64,000 bases of DNA from an uncultured Actinomycetes bacterium (GCA_963736335.1 CAVTOC010000006.1:1122828-1186827), one strand, 5' to 3'; positions 1-9,316 are shown, numbered from the stretch's first letter. Notes: a model not told the origin generated them from the sequence alone. Numbers and translations are program-made.

Positions 1-1582
1 GTCACTACGCGATCGTGTGCAACCTCCCCGGCCACTACGCGATGGGCATGCACCAGGACTTCAACGTGGTGCCCGCCGGCTCGACGCCGATCACGGTCGG
101 TCTCGGCGAGACGGATGCCACCCACATGTTCATCGACCTGTCCCAGCCGTATGCCCCCGAGGGCAAGGTCACGTTCATCATCACGAACCAGGGCGCCGAG
201 GATCACGAGTTCGTGGTCCTGCAGACCGACACCATGGCCGCGGACTTCCCGATCACCGGGTTCGAAGGCGAACCGAACCGCTTCAACGAAGACGCCAAGG
301 GCATCACCAACGTCGGGGAGACCGGCGATCCGGCGATGAAGCCGGGCACCTCCTTGATGCTCACGATCGACATGTCGGCCGGCCACTACGCCGTGGTCTG
401 CAACCTGAACGGTCACTACGCGATGGGCATGCACCAGGACTTCAACGTGGTGCCCGCCGGCTCGACGCCGATCACGGTCGGACTCGGCGAGACGGATGCC
501 ACCCACATGTTCATCGACCTGTCCCAGCCGTATGCCCCCGAGGGCAAGGTCACGTTCATCATCACGAACCAGGGCGCCGAGGATCACGAGTTCGTGGTCC
601 TGCAGACCGACACCATGGCCGCGGACTTCCCGATCACCGGGTTCGAAGGCGAACCGAACCGCTTCAACGAAGACGCCAAGGGCATCACCAACGTCGGGGA
701 GACCGGCGATCCTGCGATGAAGCCGGGCACCTCCTTGATGCTCACGATCGACATGTCGGCCGGCCACTACGCCGTGGTCTGCAACCTGAACGGTCACTAC
801 GCGATGGGCATGCACCAGGACTTCAACGTGGTGCCCGCCGGCTCGACGCCGATCACGGTCGGACTCGGCGAGACGGATGCCACCCACATGTTCATCGACC
901 TGTCCCAGCCGTATGCCCCCGAGGGCAAGGTCACGTTCATCATCACGAACCAGGGCGCCGAGGATCACGAGTTCGTGGTCCTGCAGACCGACACCATGGC
1001 CGCGGACTTCCCGATCACCGGGTTCGAAGGCGAACCGAACCGCTTCAACGAAGACGCCAAGGGCATCACCAACGTCGGGGAGACCGGCGATCCTGCGATG
1101 AAGCCGGGCACCTCCTTGATGCTCACGATCGACATGTCGGCCGGCCACTACGCCGTGGTCTGCAACCTGAACGGTCACTACGCGATGGGCATGCACCAGG
1201 ACTTCAACGTGGTGCCCGCCGGCTCGACGCCGATCACGGTCGGACTCGGCGAGACGGATGCGACCCACATGTTCATCGACCTGTCCCAGCCGTATGCCCC
1301 CGAGGGCAAGGTCACGTTCATCATCACGAACCAGGGCGCCGAGGATCACGAGTTCGTGGTCCTGCAGACCGACACCATGGCCGCGGACTTCCCGATCACC
1401 GGGTTCGAAGGCGAACCGAACCGCTTCAACGAAGACGCCAAGGGCATCACCAACGTCGGGGAGACCGGCGATCCTGCGATGAAGCCGGGCACCTCCTTGA
1501 TGCTCACGATCGACATGTCGGCCGGCCACTACGCCGTGGTCTGCAACCTGAACGGTCACTACGCGATGGGCATGCACCAGGA
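1..1582. repeat. 381-bp tandem repeat, more than 4 copies, over 99% identical
   Basis: Unit boundaries fall at about 40/421/802/1183/1564. The only differences I saw are 101 t vs 482 a, 332 g vs 713 t, and 881 c vs 1262 g. The last copy diverges after 1582. Confidence 0.9.
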
Positions 1583-1616
1583 CGTGTGGATCACCCCGGC
1601 CGCCGCCACCATCTGA
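1..1616 (+). CDS. Multi-domain cupredoxin (type-1 copper-like) repeat protein, 5' partial
   Basis: Frame 3 is open from the window edge to the TGA at 1614-1616. A 127-aa unit is repeated more than 4 times. Each unit has an EDHEF His and VVCNLNGHYAMGM (C-x4-H-x3-M, azurin-like ligand spacing), as in EfeO/Cupredoxin_1-type domains. Confidence 0.75.
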   Translation, partial: HYAIVCNLPGHYAMGMHQDFNVVPAGSTPITVGLGETDATHMFIDLSQPYAPEGKVTFIITNQGAEDHEFVVLQTDTMAADFPITGFEGEPNRFNEDAKGITNVGETGDPAMKPGTSLMLTIDMSAGHYAVVCNLNGHYAMGMHQDFNVVPAGSTPITVGLGETDATHMFIDLSQPYAPEGKVTFIITNQGAEDHEFVVLQTDTMAADFPITGFEGEPNRFNEDAKGITNVGETGDPAMKPGTSLMLTIDMSAGHYAVVCNLNGHYAMGMHQDFNVVPAGSTPITVGLGETDATHMFIDLSQPYAPEGKVTFIITNQGAEDHEFVVLQTDTMAADFPITGFEGEPNRFNEDAKGITNVGETGDPAMKPGTSLMLTIDMSAGHYAVVCNLNGHYAMGMHQDFNVVPAGSTPITVGLGETDATHMFIDLSQPYAPEGKVTFIITNQGAEDHEFVVLQTDTMAADFPITGFEGEPNRFNEDAKGITNVGETGDPAMKPGTSLMLTIDMSAGHYAVVCNLNGHYAMGMHQDVWITPAAATI

Positions 1617-1650
1617 GTCGCGGTTCGCGTTCGCGGTAGGCTCCCGTGTC

Positions 1651-2505
1651 ATGGTGGACCGGGTCTCGGTCGGGGGCGGAGCGACGGTGGCGACCCTCGC
1701 GCGCGGTTCGCTGGCCACGCTCTCGTCCTATCGGCACGATGCGGAGGTCCCGCATCGCGACCCGGAGGAAGAGCGCTTCCATCTGCCGACCCTCATCTTC
1801 ACGTCCAGCGGAACGTGGGAGATCCGCAGCCCAGCCGGGCGCGATCGGGTCGATCCGTCGGTGGTGGTGCTGGGCGGTGCGGGGCGCCCCTATCGAGCAA
1901 CGCATGAAGAACGCATCCCGTCCGACCGAACGATGTTCCTGGAGCTGTCCGAGCCCGACGAGGGGTCGGCGTTCGGGCGCACCGCCGGCGAGCTGTTCGC
2001 GGAGGTGTTCTCGCGACAGGCCGTCGCTCTGACCCGCGAGGTGGCGCGGCTCCAGGTGGCGCTCGCCGACCACGACCCCGACCACGTCTTCGGAACGCTG
2101 CGGACGGACGTGCTATCCATGGAGTTGCTGATCGAGCTCGCGGGCGCTCCGCGCGAACGCGCCACTCGGGTCGTCCGAGCGGATACCCGCGAGCGGGTGG
2201 TGCGAGCCCGTGAGTACCTGGACGAGCATCTGTCGGACGACATCGATCTCCGCACCCTGGCGCGGGAGGTTGCGCTCAGCCCGTTCCATCTGGCGCGTTC
2301 CTTCCGCCAGGAGGTCGGCGAATCTCCACACCGGTACCTGGTTCGTCGCCGGCTCGACCGTGCGGCCGAGCTGCTTGTCTCCACTCCGATGACCGTGACC
2401 CAGGTGTGCGACCGCGTCGGGTTCGGATCGCCGGCTCATTTCTCGCAGTCGTTCCGGCGCCGGTTCGGCGTGCCACCGAGCGTCTATCGAACGCTCGTCC
2501 CGTAG
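1651..2505 (+). CDS. AraC family transcriptional regulator
   Basis: C-terminal double HTH: LRTLAREVALSPFHLARSFRQEVGESPHRYLVRRRLDRAAELL...VTQVCDRVGFGSPAHFSQSFRRRFGVPPSVYR. Confidence 0.85.
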   Translation: MVDRVSVGGGATVATLARGSLATLSSYRHDAEVPHRDPEEERFHLPTLIFTSSGTWEIRSPAGRDRVDPSVVVLGGAGRPYRATHEERIPSDRTMFLELSEPDEGSAFGRTAGELFAEVFSRQAVALTREVARLQVALADHDPDHVFGTLRTDVLSMELLIELAGAPRERATRVVRADTRERVVRAREYLDEHLSDDIDLRTLAREVALSPFHLARSFRQEVGESPHRYLVRRRLDRAAELLVSTPMTVTQVCDRVGFGSPAHFSQSFRRRFGVPPSVYRTLVP

Positions 2506-2588
2506 CGGCCCGCCCACCGCGCACGGAAACGAACGGTTCGCGCACGTCTTCGACAGACACCTGCCGCTGAGCCCCCCACCATCGGGCG

Positions 2589-3809
2589 ATGGAGCGCTAC
2601 CGCCGCCTGTTGCGGAACCGGCCGTTCGCCCGGTTGTGGACGGGCTCAACGGTCTCGGCCTTCGGCGACTCCCTGACATGGGTCGCGCTGGTCTGGCTCG
2701 TCTACGCACGCTCGGGCTCGCCGCGCGACGTGAGCGCGCTGGTCATCGTCGCGACGGCGCCCGTGTTCGTCGGCGGCGTCCTCATGGGCGCGGCCCTCGA
2801 CCGCTTCGAGCGCCGCCGGTTCCTCGCGCTGGTCAACGCCGTCCTGGGGGCCGCCGTCCTCTCGGTGCCGCTCGTGGCAGTGACGGGAGACGTCACGACG
2901 GCGCACCTCTTCGCCGTCGCCGGCCTGTACGGGTTCCTCAAGATGGCGAACTGGGCCGGGGTGCCGTCGATCGTTCCCGCGCTCGTGGCCGATCCCGACG
3001 ATCTGGCGACCGCGAACGCGATGGAGTCGGTGAGCTTCGGGATCGCCGACATCGCCGGACCGGTGGCGGCGGGGGTGCTCATCGCGCTGATCGGCGCGAC
3101 CTCGGTACTGGGGATCGACGCGGCAACGTATGCGATCTTCGTGATCGCGTTGCTCTCGCTTCCGTCGCAGACGGTACCGGTCCGTTCGCATGGCGAGCGT
3201 GGTCTGCGTCTTCGCCCCGCCCTTCGGTTCATACGGAACGATCGCGCGGTGTTCGCGACGACCGTGATGTTCATGTGCGCGAACGTCGGGGAAGGGATGA
3301 TGATCGTGGTGATCCCCGTCTACGCCCGCGAGGTCCTCGGCGGGGGAGCCGGCACCTACGGACTGCTGTTGAGCGCGTTCGCGTTGGCGACCACGGCCGG
3401 TGCCGCGCTGGTCGGAGCGATGACGTGGCGACGGCCGCTCGGCAGGTCGATCGCGATGTCGCAGGTGCTGTGCGGGCTCGGGTACCTGCCGCTCGTCACC
3501 CTGCCGCCGCTGGCGCCGGCCGCAGGCGCGCTCGCCGTGGCGGGCCTGCTCGGTTCGCCGCTCACGATCTGGGCGCAGACCCTGCGGATGCAGCGGATAC
3601 CCGACGCGATGCGGGGGCGGGTGTTCGGGCTCCTGCGAACGCTGATGCAATCGACGCCGCCGATCGGCGGCGCCCTCGCCGGCGTGCTGATCCCCACCGT
3701 CGGGCTCCGATGGACGCTCGCCGTGGTCGTCGCGGCGATCGGCGTTCCGGGTGTGATCGGCTTGACGCTCCCGTCGCTCGCCACGACCGAACTCAGGTCG
3801 GCAGCCTGA
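2589..3809 (+). CDS. MFS transporter (EntS/MFS_3-like)
   Basis: 406 aa with about 12 predicted TM segments. N-terminus is RNRPFARLWTGSTVSAFGDSLTWVALVWLV, typical of this MFS subfamily. Confidence 0.8.
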   Translation: MERYRRLLRNRPFARLWTGSTVSAFGDSLTWVALVWLVYARSGSPRDVSALVIVATAPVFVGGVLMGAALDRFERRRFLALVNAVLGAAVLSVPLVAVTGDVTTAHLFAVAGLYGFLKMANWAGVPSIVPALVADPDDLATANAMESVSFGIADIAGPVAAGVLIALIGATSVLGIDAATYAIFVIALLSLPSQTVPVRSHGERGLRLRPALRFIRNDRAVFATTVMFMCANVGEGMMIVVIPVYAREVLGGGAGTYGLLLSAFALATTAGAALVGAMTWRRPLGRSIAMSQVLCGLGYLPLVTLPPLAPAAGALAVAGLLGSPLTIWAQTLRMQRIPDAMRGRVFGLLRTLMQSTPPIGGALAGVLIPTVGLRWTLAVVVAAIGVPGVIGLTLPSLATTELRSAA

Positions 3810-3836
3810 CGACCGCCGCCCCCCGCAGCGGCAACC

Positions 3837-4910
3837 TCAGGTCAGCGCCAGCGCGGCCACCGCGTCGATGTCGTACTTCGTCGCGTTCCCCATGACGGCG
3901 ACCCCGACGCCACGGGTCGGGTAGATGCGGATCACGTTGAAGAAGCCCGCACCCCCGCCCAGGTGTTCGACGAACGGGGGATCGGCGTCTCGGGCGTTGG
4001 AGGGCCGGAACCATCCGAGCCCCAGGTCGAACCGTTTGCCGTCGATGCGGATCTCCCGCATGGCGTGCGCATCGGCGGCGCCGAGCAGACGAACGCCTGC
4101 AAGCTCGCCGTCACGCAGGTGCATCTGCACGAATCGTGCGGCGTCGGTCACCGTGCCGATCAGCCCGCCGTAGGCCTGACCATCCAACAGGAACCGGTTG
4201 AGCGACAGCCATCGGCCCGTCGGAGGGCCGATCACCCACCGGTGCAGCAGGTATCGCATCGGGCTCCGTCTCGGGTGATAGCCCGTCGCGGCGTGCGCTT
4301 TCATCTCGGGCGAGTACGCGAAACCCGTTGATCGCATCCCGAGCGGCTCCAGCACGTCGTGTCGGACCAGGTCCGTGAACGGTATGTCCGTGAGGTTGGC
4401 CATGGCTGCTCCCAGGACGAGCGTCCCGAGGTTCGAGTAGCTCGATCTGGTGCCCGGCTCGAACCGGAGCTTCCCGTGCTTGGAGAGCAAACCGTCGAGG
4501 AACGTGTCGGGGTCGGGACCGGCGTGATCCGGCGGGTGGATCCATCCGACCGGGATCGGGTTCGCCAGGCCGCCGCTGTGGGATAGGAGGTGGCGAGCCG
4601 TGATCTTCGCTGCTTCCGTTGACGGACGGAGATGGCGCATCTGAGCCACGTGCGGGGAGATCGGCGCGTCCAGGTCGAGCACCCCGCGTTCCACGAGCCG
4701 CATCGCCTCGGTCGCCGTCACGATCTTCGTCATGGAGAACCACGGACACACCATGTCCGGTGAGGCCGGCCGGTCGTCACGGATGTCGGCCATGCCCACC
4801 GCGACCGCATCGCGGACACCGTCGGGATCCACGACGGCCATCGCGATCCCGGGGACGCTTGTCCCCGCCGTCTCTCGGAGCCGATGCTGCAGGTTCGTTC
4901 CCGTCGACAT
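3837..4910 (-). CDS. Serine hydrolase, beta-lactamase/PBP family
   Basis: S-x-x-K motif FSMTKIV with a class C-like layout. Start placed at ATG 4910, preceded by GGAGG-N5. The maximal ORF reaches 4997. Confidence 0.75.
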   Translation of the reverse strand: MSTGTNLQHRLRETAGTSVPGIAMAVVDPDGVRDAVAVGMADIRDDRPASPDMVCPWFSMTKIVTATEAMRLVERGVLDLDAPISPHVAQMRHLRPSTEAAKITARHLLSHSGGLANPIPVGWIHPPDHAGPDPDTFLDGLLSKHGKLRFEPGTRSSYSNLGTLVLGAAMANLTDIPFTDLVRHDVLEPLGMRSTGFAYSPEMKAHAATGYHPRRSPMRYLLHRWVIGPPTGRWLSLNRFLLDGQAYGGLIGTVTDAARFVQMHLRDGELAGVRLLGAADAHAMREIRIDGKRFDLGLGWFRPSNARDADPPFVEHLGGGAGFFNVIRIYPTRGVGVAVMGNATKYDIDAVAALALT

Positions 4911-4968
4911 GACGGCCTCCGTATACCGCATGTTGCGGCCGGCCGCGACCGAGGCGACGATACCGGGC

Positions 4969-5940
4969 ATGGCGCGACGCGAGGGTCCCGCGGTCAAGTG
5001 CCGCTGCGGTTACCGCTCGTTCCGTCTCGACGACGAGGTGCGAGCGAGGCCCGTGGCCGTCGACCTCTGGTACCCGTCGCCGACGACCGCGTCGGAAACG
5101 CAGCACGACTATGGATTGGGCACGGGGCATGTCGTCGAGGACGCCCCCGTCGGCGACGAGGCGTTCCCGGTGATCGTGCTGTCGCACGGCGCGTTCGGGT
5201 CCGCGCGGAACTACGCCTGGATCGCTGAGTACCTGGCGCGACGCGGGTACGTGGTCTGCGGCGTGTCGCACTTCGGAGAGTCGCCTGTCTACGGCGTCGA
5301 GACGATCGATCCTTCGACCGTTCTCGATCCGAGCGACCGCGTGGTCGATTGTTCTTTCGCGCTTGACCGCGTGCTCGCCGGGGCGCTGCTCGAGAACGTG
5401 GATCCTTCACGGGTCGGCGCGCTGGGGCACTCGTCCGGAGGAGCGACCGCGATCGCGTTGGCGGGAGGGCGCTTCGATCCGGCCGCGATGGCTCGCTATT
5501 GCGCATCCGAAGAGGCCGCGGAGGATCGAGGATGCGCGTACGGCCGGCTCCCGGCTGCAGCACCTGCGAGACCACCGGCCCCGCGCTTGCACCACGACCC
5601 GCGGATCCGCGCGGTGGTCGCGCTCGATCCGGCGCTCGGTCCGGGTTTCGACCCGGACTCGTTGTCGGAGATCTCGATCCCTGTGCACGTGGTGGGCGCG
5701 GTCGACAACGACTTCCTACCGGCCGACGCCCACGCCGGCCGATACGCGGCGTTGATCCCCGGATGTTCGTTCACTCGACTGTCGGAAGGGGAAGGGCACT
5801 TCGTCTTCCTGAACGGATGCGATTCGGATCTCGAGGCGAACGGCATCCCCTTGTGCCGCGACCGTCCCGGCGTGGATCGCCGCGCCGTCCACGCCTCGCT
5901 CGGGCCGCTCATCGCCGGATCCTTCGACGCGAACCTCTGA
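4969..5940 (+). CDS. Alpha/beta hydrolase (dienelactone hydrolase / PAF-acetylhydrolase-like)
   Basis: VIVLSHGAFGSARNYAWIAEYLARRGYVV plus the nucleophile elbow GHSSGG. The 5' part of the 4732 ORF overlaps the divergent gene, so ATG 4969 was chosen. Confidence 0.65.
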   Translation: MARREGPAVKCRCGYRSFRLDDEVRARPVAVDLWYPSPTTASETQHDYGLGTGHVVEDAPVGDEAFPVIVLSHGAFGSARNYAWIAEYLARRGYVVCGVSHFGESPVYGVETIDPSTVLDPSDRVVDCSFALDRVLAGALLENVDPSRVGALGHSSGGATAIALAGGRFDPAAMARYCASEEAAEDRGCAYGRLPAAAPARPPAPRLHHDPRIRAVVALDPALGPGFDPDSLSEISIPVHVVGAVDNDFLPADAHAGRYAALIPGCSFTRLSEGEGHFVFLNGCDSDLEANGIPLCRDRPGVDRRAVHASLGPLIAGSFDANL

Positions 5941-5944
5941 CCTG

Positions 5945-6517
5945 CTAGGCGTGCCTGGCTTGCATCGGCGGTTCCGCGGTCTCTTTCGCGAACGTCGGCT
6001 GCTCGACGCCGTACAGGTGCGCCACGCGATGCCAGGTCTTCTCGCCGATCTCCGGATAGATCTGCCCTGCTTTGTTCAGCTCCTTCCGAAGCCCGTCGAG
6101 CACCTTCTTGGGATCGCCCCGCTTGTGCGCAGGGAGGGCCAGCACTTCCTCGATCTCTCTCCGGATCGAGGCGTACCAATCGGCGGCCTGCGCATGCCGT
6201 TCCGCGCGCTCGGCGAAGCGCAGGAACGTCTGGATGGCGGCGAGGACCGCGGCCAGGATGCTGATCGACCCGATCAAGAATCTCGCCCACCCGGGGAAGC
6301 TCTTCGCCGCGGACTCCGAAGCGGTTGATGCCATCGAAGCGAAGAGGCTCGTGCCGACGACCGTCGTGAAGATGACGACCGGGATCCCGAGGGCGAGGTT
6401 CCGTTTCTTGAGACCGGCAGCCAGGTAGTAGTGGGCGTGCTGGGCGGCGACGGCTCGCCTGCCCCAGTCCTGCGCGAGCTGCGTCTCTTCGTCGGTCCAC
6501 AGCATTGCCGAGCTCAT
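5945..6517 (-). CDS. SLATT-like two-TM effector-domain protein
   Basis: 190 aa starting at ATG 6517 (AAGGG RBS). AQHAHYYLAAGLKKRNLALGIPVVIFTTVV (TM1), then WARFLIGSISILAAVLAAIQTFL (TM2), then RFAERAERHAQAADWYASIRREIE. This layout matches SLATT domains. Confidence 0.6.
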   Translation of the reverse strand: MSSAMLWTDEETQLAQDWGRRAVAAQHAHYYLAAGLKKRNLALGIPVVIFTTVVGTSLFASMASTASESAAKSFPGWARFLIGSISILAAVLAAIQTFLRFAERAERHAQAADWYASIRREIEEVLALPAHKRGDPKKVLDGLRKELNKAGQIYPEIGEKTWHRVAHLYGVEQPTFAKETAEPPMQARHA

Positions 6518-6573
6518 GGTCTGCCCTTTGAGAGCGGGTGTGTGCACCCTAGACGTTCGGAAAGCGCCTGGAC

Positions 6574-6627
6574 CTAGGCATATGCCTAAGCGCGGGCCGG
6601 TGTCTCCACAACTAGGCGGGTGCCTAG
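6574..6627. promoter_or_regulatory. Two related palindromic operator-like sites in a divergent promoter region
   Basis: CTAGGCATATGCCTAA (6574-6589) and CTAGGCGGGTGCCTAG (6612-6627). They share CTAGGC-N4-GCCTA half sites, lie 38 bp centre to centre, and sit between the divergent starts at 6517 and 6676. Confidence 0.5.
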
Positions 6628-6675
6628 GGATTCGTTCGCGGATGCGCGGGACAGTCATCGACGGGTTGCAGGAAC

Positions 6676-8295
6676 GTGCAACCGACGAACGTGGGGGCCG
6701 CCGTGACGACGACGAAGCAGACCGACGAGCAGGTCGCCGGCGGGGTGCGCGGGGTCCCGGTCCTCATCGGGGCCTGCGTGGTGGTCCTCGTCGTCGCGGC
6801 TCTCGGGTTCAGTGCGTCCGGTGGCAACAATCGTGCCGGTCTGCTCCTGCTCTCCCTGATCATCTTCCTTGTGACGGCCGTTTGGTTCTGGCAGCACAAC
6901 CGGTTCCCCGCGTTGGATGCCCGTGGATCGACGCTGTTGATCCTCGCGCTCGTGGTCGGGCTCATCGGGCTCCTCCCCGTTCTGTACCTCGGGAACGCCG
7001 AGCGGATCTACGTCCTGAAGCTGGGAGCGATCGTCTTCCTCTCCCTCCTGCCGGGGTTGCTCTACCTCCAGTTCGTTGTGGTGAAGGGCCTCGGATTGCG
7101 CAGCGAATACGTCTTGGCCCTGCACCGGCTCCACATCGACCGCTACGAGAACCTGCCGACCCCACCCGAAGGCTCGTTGTTCTATCGGCCGGGTCCGCAG
7201 CCCCCCGGCGCGGGCAAGGACAACGTCTACCTGCGCCGGTTCGATTCCTATTACGGCCGGCCACACACACGGTCCGATGGCGTCGTCGTGCAGGCGGGCG
7301 TCGGGAACCTCTTACCCGTCCTGATCGCGACGATCGTGATCGCGACGGGGTGGACGCTGTTCCTTCAGCCCGAGTTCATCTCGGGCGTGCACCTGGAGCT
7401 CGGTGGGTTGGTCCTGGGAGGCCGGCCGGTGCTGCCCGTCGAGCCGCTCCGCTTCGCATTCCTGGGCGCGTACTTCTACTCGCTGGAGATGCTGACGCGC
7501 CGCTACTTCCAGGAGGACCTGAAGCCGAGTGCCTACCTGAATGCCGTGACTCGGATGCTCGGTTCCGCGCTCCTCGTTATCGCGATCGACGCGATCTGGC
7601 CCGATTCCATCTCGCCTGAGCAGGAGTTGGGCATCGCGTTCGTGATCGGCGTGTTCCCGCAGATCGGCGTCAAGGCGATCCACAACCTGATCGCCCTTCC
7701 GCTCAAGCCGCTGATCCCCAGTCTCGAGCGCGACTATCCGCTGAGCGACCTTGACGGTCTCAACGTGTGGTACGAGTCGCGACTGCTCGAGGTGGGCATC
7801 GAGGACATGCAGAACCTCGCCACGGTGAACCTGGTCGACGCGATCCTGCGGACCCGGGTGCCGGTCGACCGCTTGGTCGACTGGGTGGACCAAGCACATC
7901 TCTGCCTTCGGGTGAGCAACAAGGGAGAGCCATCCGATCGCGCGCGTCTTCGCCGTCTTGGCATCCGCACCGCCACCGACCTCGAGGACGCCTTCCAGCC
8001 GAGGTACGACTCGGGGACCTCCGGTCCTGCCGGCATCTCGGGCGAGGAACGAGCCGCGTTCCTCGCATCCCTCCAGCGCGTGCTCAACATGGACGACGGG
8101 TCGCCGAGCGTGACCGAGTCCGTGCGGCGAACGTTCTGCGGCGAGCCCAACCTGTTCCACGTGCGGTACTGGAAGAGCTACACGTCGATGCTGGAGAAGG
8201 ACAGCCACCAGAAGACGGAGCGGCCGATCCACGTAGGCGAGGCCGCGCCGAGACCGGTGGGGGCCGATCCCGGCCGCGGGCCGGCGATGGGGTGA
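6676..8295 (+). CDS. Polytopic membrane protein with a soluble C-terminal helical (HhH/DUF4332-like) region, function unknown
   Basis: GTG start. At least 6 hydrophobic helices in the first ~330 aa. The C-terminal part has RLLEVGIEDMQNLA and LRRLGIRTATDLEDA, which are helix-hairpin-helix-like motifs. Confidence 0.6.
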   Translation: MQPTNVGAAVTTTKQTDEQVAGGVRGVPVLIGACVVVLVVAALGFSASGGNNRAGLLLLSLIIFLVTAVWFWQHNRFPALDARGSTLLILALVVGLIGLLPVLYLGNAERIYVLKLGAIVFLSLLPGLLYLQFVVVKGLGLRSEYVLALHRLHIDRYENLPTPPEGSLFYRPGPQPPGAGKDNVYLRRFDSYYGRPHTRSDGVVVQAGVGNLLPVLIATIVIATGWTLFLQPEFISGVHLELGGLVLGGRPVLPVEPLRFAFLGAYFYSLEMLTRRYFQEDLKPSAYLNAVTRMLGSALLVIAIDAIWPDSISPEQELGIAFVIGVFPQIGVKAIHNLIALPLKPLIPSLERDYPLSDLDGLNVWYESRLLEVGIEDMQNLATVNLVDAILRTRVPVDRLVDWVDQAHLCLRVSNKGEPSDRARLRRLGIRTATDLEDAFQPRYDSGTSGPAGISGEERAAFLASLQRVLNMDDGSPSVTESVRRTFCGEPNLFHVRYWKSYTSMLEKDSHQKTERPIHVGEAAPRPVGADPGRGPAMG

Positions 8296-8321
8296 GGGAC
8301 GACAACGTTCCGACCCGACAT

Positions 8322-8759
8322 TCAGTCGTCCGGGATGTGGGAGCTGGTGACCCGCCGGTCGCGCAAGCGGACCTCGGTTCCGCGCCGCAACGAGTTCGGG
8401 ATCTCGGCGATCGCGTCGACGTGCGCGACGAGATCCTCGAGGACGTCCTCGCTCGCGTCGCCGTCGACCTCGACGTCGTATCCGATCGGCGTCGAGACCG
8501 CGGGCTCGCCGCGGTAGTCCGCGTCGACCTTCACGTGGACCCGTGAGAGCGTGATCCCTCGTGCCATCGCCTCGCGGTACAGATCGTTCGAGATGCAGGC
8601 GGCGACGGCGAGGTTCAGCAGCTGCCCGCCGTTGAACCCGAGCCCGTGACCGCCTGCGGACGCTGGGCGGTCGCTCACCAGGGTGAACGACCCCGCCCGT
8701 CCCAGCGCGGTCGGCCCGCCGTCCACGGTGTGCATGTCCACCCGATACGCGTCAGCCAT
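8322..8759 (-). CDS. OsmC/Ohr family peroxiredoxin-like protein
   Basis: GGHGLGFNGGQLLNLAVAACISNDL and 145 aa length are typical of the OsmC family. Confidence 0.75.
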   Translation of the reverse strand: MADAYRVDMHTVDGGPTALGRAGSFTLVSDRPASAGGHGLGFNGGQLLNLAVAACISNDLYREAMARGITLSRVHVKVDADYRGEPAVSTPIGYDVEVDGDASEDVLEDLVAHVDAIAEIPNSLRRGTEVRLRDRRVTSSHIPDD

Positions 8760-8819
8760 ATCGCGCCACCTCCCCGGTCGGACCTCGAGGATACGGACGA
8801 GGCCCGACCGGGGTCACGG

Positions 8820-9290
8820 TCACGACGCGTTGGCCGCGTCCTCCATCACCTTGAGGTCGATCTTCTGCATCTGGAGCATCGCCTGCATCGCCCGCTGGCG
8901 ACGTCCCGGATCGGGATCGCTCAGCAGCTCACCCATCTGCTCGGGGATGATCTGCCAGCTCAAGCCGAACCGATCGTGGAGCCAACCGCACTGGCTCTCC
9001 GTGCCGCCGTCGGCGGTGAGCACCGACCACAGCCGGTCGACCTCGTCCTGGTCCTTGCAGCTCACGTTGAACGAGACGGCCTCGGTGAACGGGAACTGCG
9101 GTCCGCCGTTGATGGCCATGAACTCCTGGCCCGCGAGCCGGAAGAAGACCAGCGCCACGTTGTCTCCGCTGGGAGTGCCGTCGAGGCGTTGGACGTCTGT
9201 CACCTCCGAGTCCTCGAACAGCGATACGTAGAAGTTGGCGGCTTCCTCCGCCTGCGTGTCGAACCACAGGCACGGTGTGATCTTCTGCAT
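8820..9290 (-). CDS. VOC family protein (PhnB / 3-demethylubiquinone-9 3-methyltransferase domain)
   Basis: MQKITPCLWFD...AEEAANFYVSLF...GWLHDRFGLSWQIIP is the PF06983-type signature. Confidence 0.8.
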   Translation of the reverse strand: MQKITPCLWFDTQAEEAANFYVSLFEDSEVTDVQRLDGTPSGDNVALVFFRLAGQEFMAINGGPQFPFTEAVSFNVSCKDQDEVDRLWSVLTADGGTESQCGWLHDRFGLSWQIIPEQMGELLSDPDPGRRQRAMQAMLQMQKIDLKVMEDAANAS

Positions 9291-9316
9291 GGTCCGCTCC
9301 TTCCTGCCGGGCGATG

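Noticed and set aside
17-1639. 540-aa ORF in frame 2, and the 74-aa ORFs at 115/496/877/1258, overlapping the cupredoxin repeats
   Set aside because: These are Arg/Pro/Gly-rich shadow frames of a high-GC coding region. They repeat only because the underlying DNA repeats, and they contain no recognisable protein motif.
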